From Eledone cirrhosa (taxonomy: Eukaryota), in assembly GCA_964016885.1 (NCBI GenBank), contig CAXHJY010001318.1, forward strand, positions 17,313 through 81,312: a DNA stretch of 64,000 nucleotides, read 5' to 3'. Of the stretch, positions 27,587-41,164 are shown piece by piece. The notes under the pieces were generated by a model. It made no database searches and had not been told where the DNA came from. It was given only the letters and a program-made list of their open reading frames with translations. Every line of letters begins with the position of its first letter. Within the stretch, counting starts at the first letter, position 1. The translations under genes and the position numbers were made by a program.

Positions 27587-30500
27587 ATAAAAACAAATAA
27601 CGAAACGAAATTAAATTTCGTTTCGTTTGTAACTCACTTTTGTATGACTGACGCTTAAACAATTAAGTTAAAAATGTACATCCACATATGTATACTGAAA
27701 TACTAGTATGCATATGAATACACACACGTATACATATGTAGATGTACCGAGTTTTTCACTGGTCACTTTACTGTGAGTGTCCAGCTATTCTGTATGTAAA
27801 CACACAGACAAACCGGTTTTTAGAGTCATACTGGTTTTTGAGGAAACACCTTTCCTCTATTCTCCAGAAAGCCAGACAAGGAATATTGAACTAGTTTCGA
27901 TGTTGTTACATCTCATCAGCAATATTTACCTATCTTCCGGCCTTTTTAGAGAATCGTAAAAGCACATATCGTTATATGCTTTTTCTATGAAAATTAGTAG
28001 TGGGCAGACTAATTTGCATAGACCGTGAGTACGTACCGGTTCAACGGAGACGATAAAAACAAATAACGAAACGAAATTAAATTTCGTTTCGTTTGTAACT
28101 CACTTTTGTATGACTGACGCTTAAACAATTAAGTTAAAAATGTACATCCACATATGTATACTGAAATACTAGTATGCATATGAATACACACACGTATACA
28201 TATGTAGATGTACCGAGTTTTTCACTGGTCACTTTACTGTGAGTGTCCAGCTATTCTGTATGTAAACACACAGACAAACCGGTTTTTAGAGTCATACTGG
28301 TTTTTGAGGAAACACCTTTCCTCTATTCTCCAGAAAGCCAGACAAGGAATATTGAACTAGTTTCGATGTTGTTACATCTCATCAGCAATATTTACCTATC
28401 TTCCGGCCTTTTTAGAGAATCGTAAAAGCACATATCGTTATATGCTTTTTCTATGAAAATTAGTAGTGGGCAGACTAATTTGCATAGACCGTGAGTACGT
28501 ACCGGTTCAACGGAGACGATAAAAACAAATAACGAAACGAAATTAAATTTCGTTTCGTTTGTAACTCACTTTTGTATGACTGACGCTTAAACAATTAAGT
28601 TAAAAATGTACATCCACATATGTATACTGAAATACTAGTATGCATATGAATACACACACGTATACATATGTAGATGTACCGAGTTTTTCACTGGTCACTT
28701 TACTGTGAGTGTCCAGCTATTCTGTATGTAAACACACAGACAAACCGGTTTTTAGAGTCATACTGGTTTTTGAGGAAACACCTTTCCTCTATTCTCCAGA
28801 AAGCCAGACAAGGAATATTGAACTAGTTTCGATGTTGTTACATCTCATCAGCAATATTTACCTATCTTCCGGCCTTTTTAGAGAATCGTAAAAGCACATA
28901 TCGTTATATGCTTTTTCTATGAAAATTAGTAGTGGGCAGACTAATTTGCATAGACCGTGAGTACGTACCGGTTCAACGGAGACGATAAAAACAAATAACG
29001 AAACGAAATTAAATTTCGTTTCGTTTGTAACTCACTTTTGTATGACTGACGCTTAAACAATTAAGTTAAAAATGTACATCCACATATGTATACTGAAATA
29101 CTAGTATGCATATGAATACACACACGTATACATATGTAGATGTACCGAGTTTTTCACTGGTCACTTTACTGTGAGTGTCCAGCTATTCTGTATGTAAACA
29201 CACAGACAAACCGGTTTTTAGAGTCATACTGGTTTTTGAGGAAACACCTTTCCTCTATTCTCCAGAAAGCCAGACAAGGAATATTGAACTAGTTTCGATG
29301 TTGTTACATCTCATCAGCAATATTTACCTATCTTCCGGCCTTTTTAGAGAATCGTAAAAGCACATATCGTTATATGCTTTTTCTATGAAAATTAGTAGTG
29401 GGCAGACTAATTTGCATAGACCGTGAGTACGTACCGGTTCAACGGAGACGATAAAAACAAATAACGAAACGAAATTAAATTTCGTTTCGTTTGTAACTCA
29501 CTTTTGTATGACTGACGCTTAAACAATTAAGTTAAAAATGTACATCCACATATGTATACTGAAATACTAGTATGCATATGAATACACACACGTATACATA
29601 TGTAGATGTACCGAGTTTTTCACTGGTCACTTTACTGTGAGTGTCCAGCTATTCTGTATGTAAACACACAGACAAACCGGTTTTTAGAGTCATACTGGTT
29701 TTTGAGGAAACACCTTTCCTCTATTCTCCAGAAAGCCAGACAAGGAATATTGAACTAGTTTCGATGTTGTTACATCTCATCAGCAATATTTACCTATCTT
29801 CCGGCCTTTTTAGAGAATCGTAAAAGCACATATCGTTATATGCTTTTTCTATGAAAATTAGTAGTGGGCAGACTAATTTGCATAGACCGTGAGTACGTAC
29901 CGGTTCAACGGAGACGATAAAAACAAATAACGAAACGAAATTAAATTTCGTTTCGTTTGTAACTCACTTTTGTATGACTGACGCTTAAACAATTAAGTTA
30001 AAAATGTACATCCACATATGTATACTGAAATACTAGTATGCATATGAATACACACACGTATACATATGTAGATGTACCGAGTTTTTCACTGGTCACTTTA
30101 CTGTGAGTGTCCAGCTATTCTGTATGTAAACACACAGACAAACCGGTTTTTAGAGTCATACTGGTTTTTGAGGAAACACCTTTCCTCTATTCTCCAGAAA
30201 GCCAGACAAGGAATATTGAACTAGTTTCGATGTTGTTACATCTCATCAGCAATATTTACCTATCTTCCGGCCTTTTTAGAGAATCGTAAAAGCACATATC
30301 GTTATATGCTTTTTCTATGAAAATTAGTAGTGGGCAGACTAATTTGCATAGACCGTGAGTACGTACCGGTTCAACGGAGACGATAAAAACAAATAACGAA
30401 ACGAAATTAAATTTCGTTTCGTTTGTAACTCACTTTTGTATGACTGACGCTTAAACAATTAAGTTAAAAATGTACATCCACATATGTATACTGAAATACT

Positions 30501-33029
30501 AGTATGCATATGAATACACACACGTATACATATGTAGATGTACCGAGTTTTTCACTGGTCACTTTACTGTGAGTGTCCAGCTATTCTGTATGTAAACACA
30601 CAGACAAACCGGTTTTTAGAGTCATACTGGTTTTTGAGGAAACACCTTTCCTCTATTCTCCAGAAAGCCAGACAAGGAATATTGAACTAGTTTCGATGTT
30701 GTTACATCTCATCAGCAATATTTACCTATCTTCCGGCCTTTTTAGAGAATCGTAAAAGCACATATCGTTATATGCTTTTTCTATGAAAATTAGTAGTGGG
30801 CAGACTAATTTGCATAGACCGTGAGTACGTACCGGTTCAACGGAGACGATAAAAACAAATAACGAAACGAAATTAAATTTCGTTTCGTTTGTAACTCACT
30901 TTTGTATGACTGACGCTTAAACAATTAAGTTAAAAATGTACATCCACATATGTATACTGAAATACTAGTATGCATATGAATACACACACGTATACATATG
31001 TAGATGTACCGAGTTTTTCACTGGTCACTTTACTGTGAGTGTCCAGCTATTCTGTATGTAAACACACAGACAAACCGGTTTTTAGAGTCATACTGGTTTT
31101 TGAGGAAACACCTTTCCTCTATTCTCCAGAAAGCCAGACAAGGAATATTGAACTAGTTTCGATGTTGTTACATCTCATCAGCAATATTTACCTATCTTCC
31201 GGCCTTTTTAGAGAATCGTAAAAGCACATATCGTTATATGCTTTTTCTATGAAAATTAGTAGTGGGCAGACTAATTTGCATAGACCGTGAGTACGTACCG
31301 GTTCAACGGAGACGATAAAAACAAATAACGAAACGAAATTAAATTTCGTTTCGTTTGTAACTCACTTTTGTATGACTGACGCTTAAACAATTAAGTTAAA
31401 AATGTACATCCACATATGTATACTGAAATACTAGTATGCATATGAATACACACACGTATACATATGTAGATGTACCGAGTTTTTCACTGGTCACTTTACT
31501 GTGAGTGTCCAGCTATTCTGTATGTAAACACACAGACAAACCGGTTTTTAGAGTCATACTGGTTTTTGAGGAAACACCTTTCCTCTATTCTCCAGAAAGC
31601 CAGACAAGGAATATTGAACTAGTTTCGATGTTGTTACATCTCATCAGCAATATTTACCTATCTTCCGGCCTTTTTAGAGAATCGTAAAAGCACATATCGT
31701 TATATGCTTTTTCTATGAAAATTAGTAGTGGGCAGACTAATTTGCATAGACCGTGAGTACGTACCGGTTCAACGGAGACGATAAAAACAAATAACGAAAC
31801 GAAATTAAATTTCGTTTCGTTTGTAACTCACTTTTGTATGACTGACGCTTAAACAATTAAGTTAAAAATGTACATCCACATATGTATACTGAAATACTAG
31901 TATGCATATGAATACACACACGTATACATATGTAGATGTACCGAGTTTTTCACTGGTCACTTTACTGTGAGTGTCCAGCTATTCTGTATGTAAACACACA
32001 GACAAACCGGTTTTTAGAGTCATACTGGTTTTTGAGGAAACACCTTTCCTCTATTCTCCAGAAAGCCAGACAAGGAATATTGAACTAGTTTCGATGTTGT
32101 TACATCTCATCAGCAATATTTACCTATCTTCCGGCCTTTTTAGAGAATCGTAAAAGCACATATCGTTATATGCTTTTTCTATGAAAATTAGTAGTGGGCA
32201 GACTAATTTGCATAGACCGTGAGTACGTACCGGTTCAACGGAGACGATAAAAACAAATAACGAAACGAAATTAAATTTCGTTTCGTTTGTAACTCACTTT
32301 TGTATGACTGACGCTTAAACAATTAAGTTAAAAATGTACATCCACATATGTATACTGAAATACTAGTATGCATATGAATACACACACGTATACATATGTA
32401 GATGTACCGAGTTTTTCACTGGTCACTTTACTGTGAGTGTCCAGCTATTCTGTATGTAAACACACAGACAAACCGGTTTTTAGAGTCATACTGGTTTTTG
32501 AGGAAACACCTTTCCTCTATTCTCCAGAAAGCCAGACAAGGAATATTGAACTAGTTTCGATGTTGTTACATCTCATCAGCAATATTTACCTATCTTCCGG
32601 CCTTTTTAGAGAATCGTAAAAGCACATATCGTTATATGCTTTTTCTATGAAAATTAGTAGTGGGCAGACTAATTTGCATAGACCGTGAGTACGTACCGGT
32701 TCAACGGAGACGATAAAAACAAATAACGAAACGAAATTAAATTTCGTTTCGTTTGTAACTCACTTTTGTATGACTGACGCTTAAACAATTAAGTTAAAAA
32801 TGTACATCCACATATGTATACTGAAATACTAGTATGCATATGAATACACACACGTATACATATGTAGATGTACCGAGTTTTTCACTGGTCACTTTACTGT
32901 GAGTGTCCAGCTATTCTGTATGTAAACACACAGACAAACCGGTTTTTAGAGTCATACTGGTTTTTGAGGAAACACCTTTCCTCTATTCTCCAGAAAGCCA
33001 GACAAGGAATATTGAACTAGTTTCGATGT
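27587..33029 (-). repeat. Left arm: ~11.7 tandem copies of a 466-bp hammerhead-containing monomer (retrozyme-like)
   Basis: Exact 466-bp period (ORF track 27777, 28243, ...). Copies appear identical. The arm starts directly after (TA)n. Confidence 0.97.
27882..27926 (-). ncRNA. Minimal type I hammerhead (first of 11 intact copies in the left arm, period 466)
   Basis: Reverse complement of aatattg CTGATGA gatgt aaca acatc GAAA c ta gtt caatatt. Confidence 0.9.
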
Positions 33030-33033
33030 TGTT

Positions 33034-36000
33034 ACATCGAAACTAGTTCAATATTCCTTGTCTGGCTTTCTGGAGAATAGAGGAAAGGTGTTTCCTCAAA
33101 AACCAGTATGACTCTAAAAACCGGTTTGTCTGTGTGTTTACATACAGAATAGCTGGACACTCACAGTAAAGTGACCAGTGAAAAACTCGGTACATCTACA
33201 TATGTATACGTGTGTGTATTCATATGCATACTAGTATTTCAGTATACATATGTGGATGTACATTTTTAACTTAATTGTTTAAGCGTCAGTCATACAAAAG
33301 TGAGTTACAAACGAAACGAAATTTAATTTCGTTTCGTTATTTGTTTTTATCGTCTCCGTTGAACCGGTACGTACTCACGGTCTATGCAAATTAGTCTGCC
33401 CACTACTAATTTTCATAGAAAAAGCATATAACGATATGTGCTTTTACGATTCTCTAAAAAGGCCGGAAGATAGGTAAATATTGCTGATGAGATGTAACAA
33501 CATCGAAACTAGTTCAATATTCCTTGTCTGGCTTTCTGGAGAATAGAGGAAAGGTGTTTCCTCAAAAACCAGTATGACTCTAAAAACCGGTTTGTCTGTG
33601 TGTTTACATACAGAATAGCTGGACACTCACAGTAAAGTGACCAGTGAAAAACTCGGTACATCTACATATGTATACGTGTGTGTATTCATATGCATACTAG
33701 TATTTCAGTATACATATGTGGATGTACATTTTTAACTTAATTGTTTAAGCGTCAGTCATACAAAAGTGAGTTACAAACGAAACGAAATTTAATTTCGTTT
33801 CGTTATTTGTTTTTATCGTCTCCGTTGAACCGGTACGTACTCACGGTCTATGCAAATTAGTCTGCCCACTACTAATTTTCATAGAAAAAGCATATAACGA
33901 TATGTGCTTTTACGATTCTCTAAAAAGGCCGGAAGATAGGTAAATATTGCTGATGAGATGTAACAACATCGAAACTAGTTCAATATTCCTTGTCTGGCTT
34001 TCTGGAGAATAGAGGAAAGGTGTTTCCTCAAAAACCAGTATGACTCTAAAAACCGGTTTGTCTGTGTGTTTACATACAGAATAGCTGGACACTCACAGTA
34101 AAGTGACCAGTGAAAAACTCGGTACATCTACATATGTATACGTGTGTGTATTCATATGCATACTAGTATTTCAGTATACATATGTGGATGTACATTTTTA
34201 ACTTAATTGTTTAAGCGTCAGTCATACAAAAGTGAGTTACAAACGAAACGAAATTTAATTTCGTTTCGTTATTTGTTTTTATCGTCTCCGTTGAACCGGT
34301 ACGTACTCACGGTCTATGCAAATTAGTCTGCCCACTACTAATTTTCATAGAAAAAGCATATAACGATATGTGCTTTTACGATTCTCTAAAAAGGCCGGAA
34401 GATAGGTAAATATTGCTGATGAGATGTAACAACATCGAAACTAGTTCAATATTCCTTGTCTGGCTTTCTGGAGAATAGAGGAAAGGTGTTTCCTCAAAAA
34501 CCAGTATGACTCTAAAAACCGGTTTGTCTGTGTGTTTACATACAGAATAGCTGGACACTCACAGTAAAGTGACCAGTGAAAAACTCGGTACATCTACATA
34601 TGTATACGTGTGTGTATTCATATGCATACTAGTATTTCAGTATACATATGTGGATGTACATTTTTAACTTAATTGTTTAAGCGTCAGTCATACAAAAGTG
34701 AGTTACAAACGAAACGAAATTTAATTTCGTTTCGTTATTTGTTTTTATCGTCTCCGTTGAACCGGTACGTACTCACGGTCTATGCAAATTAGTCTGCCCA
34801 CTACTAATTTTCATAGAAAAAGCATATAACGATATGTGCTTTTACGATTCTCTAAAAAGGCCGGAAGATAGGTAAATATTGCTGATGAGATGTAACAACA
34901 TCGAAACTAGTTCAATATTCCTTGTCTGGCTTTCTGGAGAATAGAGGAAAGGTGTTTCCTCAAAAACCAGTATGACTCTAAAAACCGGTTTGTCTGTGTG
35001 TTTACATACAGAATAGCTGGACACTCACAGTAAAGTGACCAGTGAAAAACTCGGTACATCTACATATGTATACGTGTGTGTATTCATATGCATACTAGTA
35101 TTTCAGTATACATATGTGGATGTACATTTTTAACTTAATTGTTTAAGCGTCAGTCATACAAAAGTGAGTTACAAACGAAACGAAATTTAATTTCGTTTCG
35201 TTATTTGTTTTTATCGTCTCCGTTGAACCGGTACGTACTCACGGTCTATGCAAATTAGTCTGCCCACTACTAATTTTCATAGAAAAAGCATATAACGATA
35301 TGTGCTTTTACGATTCTCTAAAAAGGCCGGAAGATAGGTAAATATTGCTGATGAGATGTAACAACATCGAAACTAGTTCAATATTCCTTGTCTGGCTTTC
35401 TGGAGAATAGAGGAAAGGTGTTTCCTCAAAAACCAGTATGACTCTAAAAACCGGTTTGTCTGTGTGTTTACATACAGAATAGCTGGACACTCACAGTAAA
35501 GTGACCAGTGAAAAACTCGGTACATCTACATATGTATACGTGTGTGTATTCATATGCATACTAGTATTTCAGTATACATATGTGGATGTACATTTTTAAC
35601 TTAATTGTTTAAGCGTCAGTCATACAAAAGTGAGTTACAAACGAAACGAAATTTAATTTCGTTTCGTTATTTGTTTTTATCGTCTCCGTTGAACCGGTAC
35701 GTACTCACGGTCTATGCAAATTAGTCTGCCCACTACTAATTTTCATAGAAAAAGCATATAACGATATGTGCTTTTACGATTCTCTAAAAAGGCCGGAAGA
35801 TAGGTAAATATTGCTGATGAGATGTAACAACATCGAAACTAGTTCAATATTCCTTGTCTGGCTTTCTGGAGAATAGAGGAAAGGTGTTTCCTCAAAAACC
35901 AGTATGACTCTAAAAACCGGTTTGTCTGTGTGTTTACATACAGAATAGCTGGACACTCACAGTAAAGTGACCAGTGAAAAACTCGGTACATCTACATATG

Positions 36001-38868
36001 TATACGTGTGTGTATTCATATGCATACTAGTATTTCAGTATACATATGTGGATGTACATTTTTAACTTAATTGTTTAAGCGTCAGTCATACAAAAGTGAG
36101 TTACAAACGAAACGAAATTTAATTTCGTTTCGTTATTTGTTTTTATCGTCTCCGTTGAACCGGTACGTACTCACGGTCTATGCAAATTAGTCTGCCCACT
36201 ACTAATTTTCATAGAAAAAGCATATAACGATATGTGCTTTTACGATTCTCTAAAAAGGCCGGAAGATAGGTAAATATTGCTGATGAGATGTAACAACATC
36301 GAAACTAGTTCAATATTCCTTGTCTGGCTTTCTGGAGAATAGAGGAAAGGTGTTTCCTCAAAAACCAGTATGACTCTAAAAACCGGTTTGTCTGTGTGTT
36401 TACATACAGAATAGCTGGACACTCACAGTAAAGTGACCAGTGAAAAACTCGGTACATCTACATATGTATACGTGTGTGTATTCATATGCATACTAGTATT
36501 TCAGTATACATATGTGGATGTACATTTTTAACTTAATTGTTTAAGCGTCAGTCATACAAAAGTGAGTTACAAACGAAACGAAATTTAATTTCGTTTCGTT
36601 ATTTGTTTTTATCGTCTCCGTTGAACCGGTACGTACTCACGGTCTATGCAAATTAGTCTGCCCACTACTAATTTTCATAGAAAAAGCATATAACGATATG
36701 TGCTTTTACGATTCTCTAAAAAGGCCGGAAGATAGGTAAATATTGCTGATGAGATGTAACAACATCGAAACTAGTTCAATATTCCTTGTCTGGCTTTCTG
36801 GAGAATAGAGGAAAGGTGTTTCCTCAAAAACCAGTATGACTCTAAAAACCGGTTTGTCTGTGTGTTTACATACAGAATAGCTGGACACTCACAGTAAAGT
36901 GACCAGTGAAAAACTCGGTACATCTACATATGTATACGTGTGTGTATTCATATGCATACTAGTATTTCAGTATACATATGTGGATGTACATTTTTAACTT
37001 AATTGTTTAAGCGTCAGTCATACAAAAGTGAGTTACAAACGAAACGAAATTTAATTTCGTTTCGTTATTTGTTTTTATCGTCTCCGTTGAACCGGTACGT
37101 ACTCACGGTCTATGCAAATTAGTCTGCCCACTACTAATTTTCATAGAAAAAGCATATAACGATATGTGCTTTTACGATTCTCTAAAAAGGCCGGAAGATA
37201 GGTAAATATTGCTGATGAGATGTAACAACATCGAAACTAGTTCAATATTCCTTGTCTGGCTTTCTGGAGAATAGAGGAAAGGTGTTTCCTCAAAAACCAG
37301 TATGACTCTAAAAACCGGTTTGTCTGTGTGTTTACATACAGAATAGCTGGACACTCACAGTAAAGTGACCAGTGAAAAACTCGGTACATCTACATATGTA
37401 TACGTGTGTGTATTCATATGCATACTAGTATTTCAGTATACATATGTGGATGTACATTTTTAACTTAATTGTTTAAGCGTCAGTCATACAAAAGTGAGTT
37501 ACAAACGAAACGAAATTTAATTTCGTTTCGTTATTTGTTTTTATCGTCTCCGTTGAACCGGTACGTACTCACGGTCTATGCAAATTAGTCTGCCCACTAC
37601 TAATTTTCATAGAAAAAGCATATAACGATATGTGCTTTTACGATTCTCTAAAAAGGCCGGAAGATAGGTAAATATTGCTGATGAGATGTAACAACATCGA
37701 AACTAGTTCAATATTCCTTGTCTGGCTTTCTGGAGAATAGAGGAAAGGTGTTTCCTCAAAAACCAGTATGACTCTAAAAACCGGTTTGTCTGTGTGTTTA
37801 CATACAGAATAGCTGGACACTCACAGTAAAGTGACCAGTGAAAAACTCGGTACATCTACATATGTATACGTGTGTGTATTCATATGCATACTAGTATTTC
37901 AGTATACATATGTGGATGTACATTTTTAACTTAATTGTTTAAGCGTCAGTCATACAAAAGTGAGTTACAAACGAAACGAAATTTAATTTCGTTTCGTTAT
38001 TTGTTTTTATCGTCTCCGTTGAACCGGTACGTACTCACGGTCTATGCAAATTAGTCTGCCCACTACTAATTTTCATAGAAAAAGCATATAACGATATGTG
38101 CTTTTACGATTCTCTAAAAAGGCCGGAAGATAGGTAAATATTGCTGATGAGATGTAACAACATCGAAACTAGTTCAATATTCCTTGTCTGGCTTTCTGGA
38201 GAATAGAGGAAAGGTGTTTCCTCAAAAACCAGTATGACTCTAAAAACCGGTTTGTCTGTGTGTTTACATACAGAATAGCTGGACACTCACAGTAAAGTGA
38301 CCAGTGAAAAACTCGGTACATCTACATATGTATACGTGTGTGTATTCATATGCATACTAGTATTTCAGTATACATATGTGGATGTACATTTTTAACTTAA
38401 TTGTTTAAGCGTCAGTCATACAAAAGTGAGTTACAAACGAAACGAAATTTAATTTCGTTTCGTTATTTGTTTTTATCGTCTCCGTTGAACCGGTACGTAC
38501 TCACGGTCTATGCAAATTAGTCTGCCCACTACTAATTTTCATAGAAAAAGCATATAACGATATGTGCTTTTACGATTCTCTAAAAAGGCCGGAAGATAGG
38601 TAAATATTGCTGATGAGATGTAACAACATCGAAACTAGTTCAATATTCCTTGTCTGGCTTTCTGGAGAATAGAGGAAAGGTGTTTCCTCAAAAACCAGTA
38701 TGACTCTAAAAACCGGTTTGTCTGTGTGTTTACATACAGAATAGCTGGACACTCACAGTAAAGTGACCAGTGAAAAACTCGGTACATCTACATATGTATA
38801 CGTGTGTGTATTCATATGCATACTAGTATTTCAGTATACATATGTGGATGTACATTTTTAACTTAATT

Positions 38869-38873
<5 letters not shown>
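33034..38873 (+). repeat. Right arm: ~12.5 tandem copies of the same monomer, inverted relative to the left arm
   Basis: Reverse complement of the left arm, 397 bp longer, ending in (TA)n. Confidence 0.97.
33477..33521 (+). ncRNA. Minimal type I hammerhead (first of 12 intact copies in the right arm; last at 38603-38647)
   Basis: Stem I aatattg/caatatt (extendable with agg/cct and gccgga/tctggc); CTGATGA 33484-33490; stem II gatgt/acatc; GAAA 33505-33508; palindromic stem III ACTAGT; predicted cleavage after GUU at 33514. Confidence 0.9.
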
Positions 38874-38908
<35 letters not shown>

Positions 38909-39002
38909 TTGTGTGACTTTCATGTGGTTGTCCATGGTGTAATTTTCTGTCACATATTCTCTATTTTGTGCTCAAGTATGTCTTCACGTGTGTGTATAAC
39001 AA

Positions 39003-39050
<48 letters not shown>

Positions 39051-39180
39051 TTAAACATTCGTTTTATGTTTGCAAAAGTGTGTTCCTTTGTCGCGTGTCA
39101 TATATATGTATAATATGTGTATATATGTGTATAAGTTTGTGGGTATGTGTAAGTATATATATATATATATATATATATAT

Positions 39181-39445
39181 AACGAAGGAAATGTGGTAAG
39201 GAACCAGGTGGACCATAACGCACCAAAGTACTCAATACTTAGGGTAGTAGAGTGGGTAATAGGAACGAGTAGGACCCCGACGGCTGAGCTCAAGCCGTTT
39301 CGACGGCTAATTCTGGACTAAATGAAAATTTTTATCCTGGTATATGAATAGCCGGCTATTCATATACCAGGATAAAAATTTTCATTTAATCCAGAATTAG
39401 CCGTCGAAACGGCTTGAGCTCAGCCGTCGGGGTCCTACTCGTTCC

Positions 39446-39447
<2 letters not shown>
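39181..39447. mobile_element. TA-embedded fold-back hammerhead element
   Basis: Palindrome centred at 39353/39354 with arms 39260-39447. GAAA 39406-39409; stem III acggct/agccgt; GUC 39426-39428. Confidence 0.85.
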
Positions 39448-39476
<29 letters not shown>

Positions 39477-40519
39477 CTATATTTGTGTGTAAATAACCAA
39501 GGATCTGTGTGAATTTACTTTATTTGTAACAGTATCTGTATGTGTATGTGTGGTGTCTGAAGACCTTGCATGTATGTATGTACCTGTATGTGTACGTATA
39601 TATGTAAATGTGTATATATATATATATATATGTGTGTGTGTGGCTCAAGATCTTGCATGCATGTACCTCTATGTGTACGTATATATGTGAATGTGTATAT
39701 ACATATGTGTGTTTGAAAATCTTTCATGTATGTATGTGTATGTATGTACCTGTATGTGTACATATATATGTGTATATATATATATGTGTGTGTGCATGTG
39801 TGTGTTTGAAGGTCTTTCATGTATGTATGTGTATGTATGTACCTGTATGTGTACGTATATATATATATATATATATGTGAATGTGTATATACGTGTGTGT
39901 GTATGTGCGTGTGTCAGAAGATCTTGCTTGTATGTATGTATGTATGTGTATGTACATACATATATGTGTACGTACATATGTGAATGTGTATACATATATA
40001 TGTGCGTGTGCCTGAAGATCTTGCACGTATGTATGTCTATGTACATGTATGTGTACTTATATATGTGAATGTATTTATATATATATATGTGTGTATGAAT
40101 GTGTGTGTGTGTCTGAGTATATTGTTTGTATGTATGTGTATATACGTACATGTATCTGTACGTATATATATATGTGTGTATGTGTACATGCGTGTGCTAT
40201 ATCTTATGAGGAAAACCTGGTTCCAATTTTTCTCCTGACGGTGTGTGTGGAGGCGGGTATGTGTGTGTGTGTGGAGGCGGGTATGTGTGTGTGTGTGGAG
40301 GCGGGTATGTGTGTGTGTGTGTGTGGAGGCGGGTATGTCTGTGTGTGTGGAGGCGGGTATGTGTGTGTGTGTGGAGGCGTGTATGTGTGTCTTGGAGTGT
40401 GTGTGTTTGTGTGTGTGTAGGAAGTGTGACCGTGTGTGTGTTTGTGTCGCTGTCTGTATAATCGTGCGTGCGCATGAAATTGTCCCTTGACACGTGCGTG
40501 TCATATGTATCTATGTATG

Positions 40520-40817
<298 letters not shown>

Positions 40818-41164
40818 CGTATATATATATATATATATATATACATACATATATATATATATATACACACATATATATATATATATAATACACACACACA
40901 CACATATATGTATATATATATATCTATGTATATATATATATGTATATATGTATATATATATATGTATATACATATACACACGTGTGTGTGTGTATGTATA
41001 TGTATATATGTGTATGTATATAGGTACATATATGTGTGTATGTATATATATATATGTGTGTGTGTGGGTGGATGCGCGCGCATATATGTGTGCCTGTATG
41101 GCTGTGCTTGTGTGTGTTATAGACAAACAGGTTGTGAAAGAAGTACCAATATTCTCTAAGCAAG

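Noticed and set aside
27777-38752. 23 identical 60-aa ORFs (MSSYSVCKHT...)
   Set aside because: They start with GTG, lie antisense to the hammerhead, carry no recognisable domain, and are a by-product of the repeat.
27587-38873. Foldback (FB) DNA transposon or ordinary satellite interpretation
   Set aside because: The outer ends fall at different monomer positions (no matched TIR termini or TSD beyond TA), and every full unit carries a hammerhead. An assembly artefact remains possible and is flagged in the findings.
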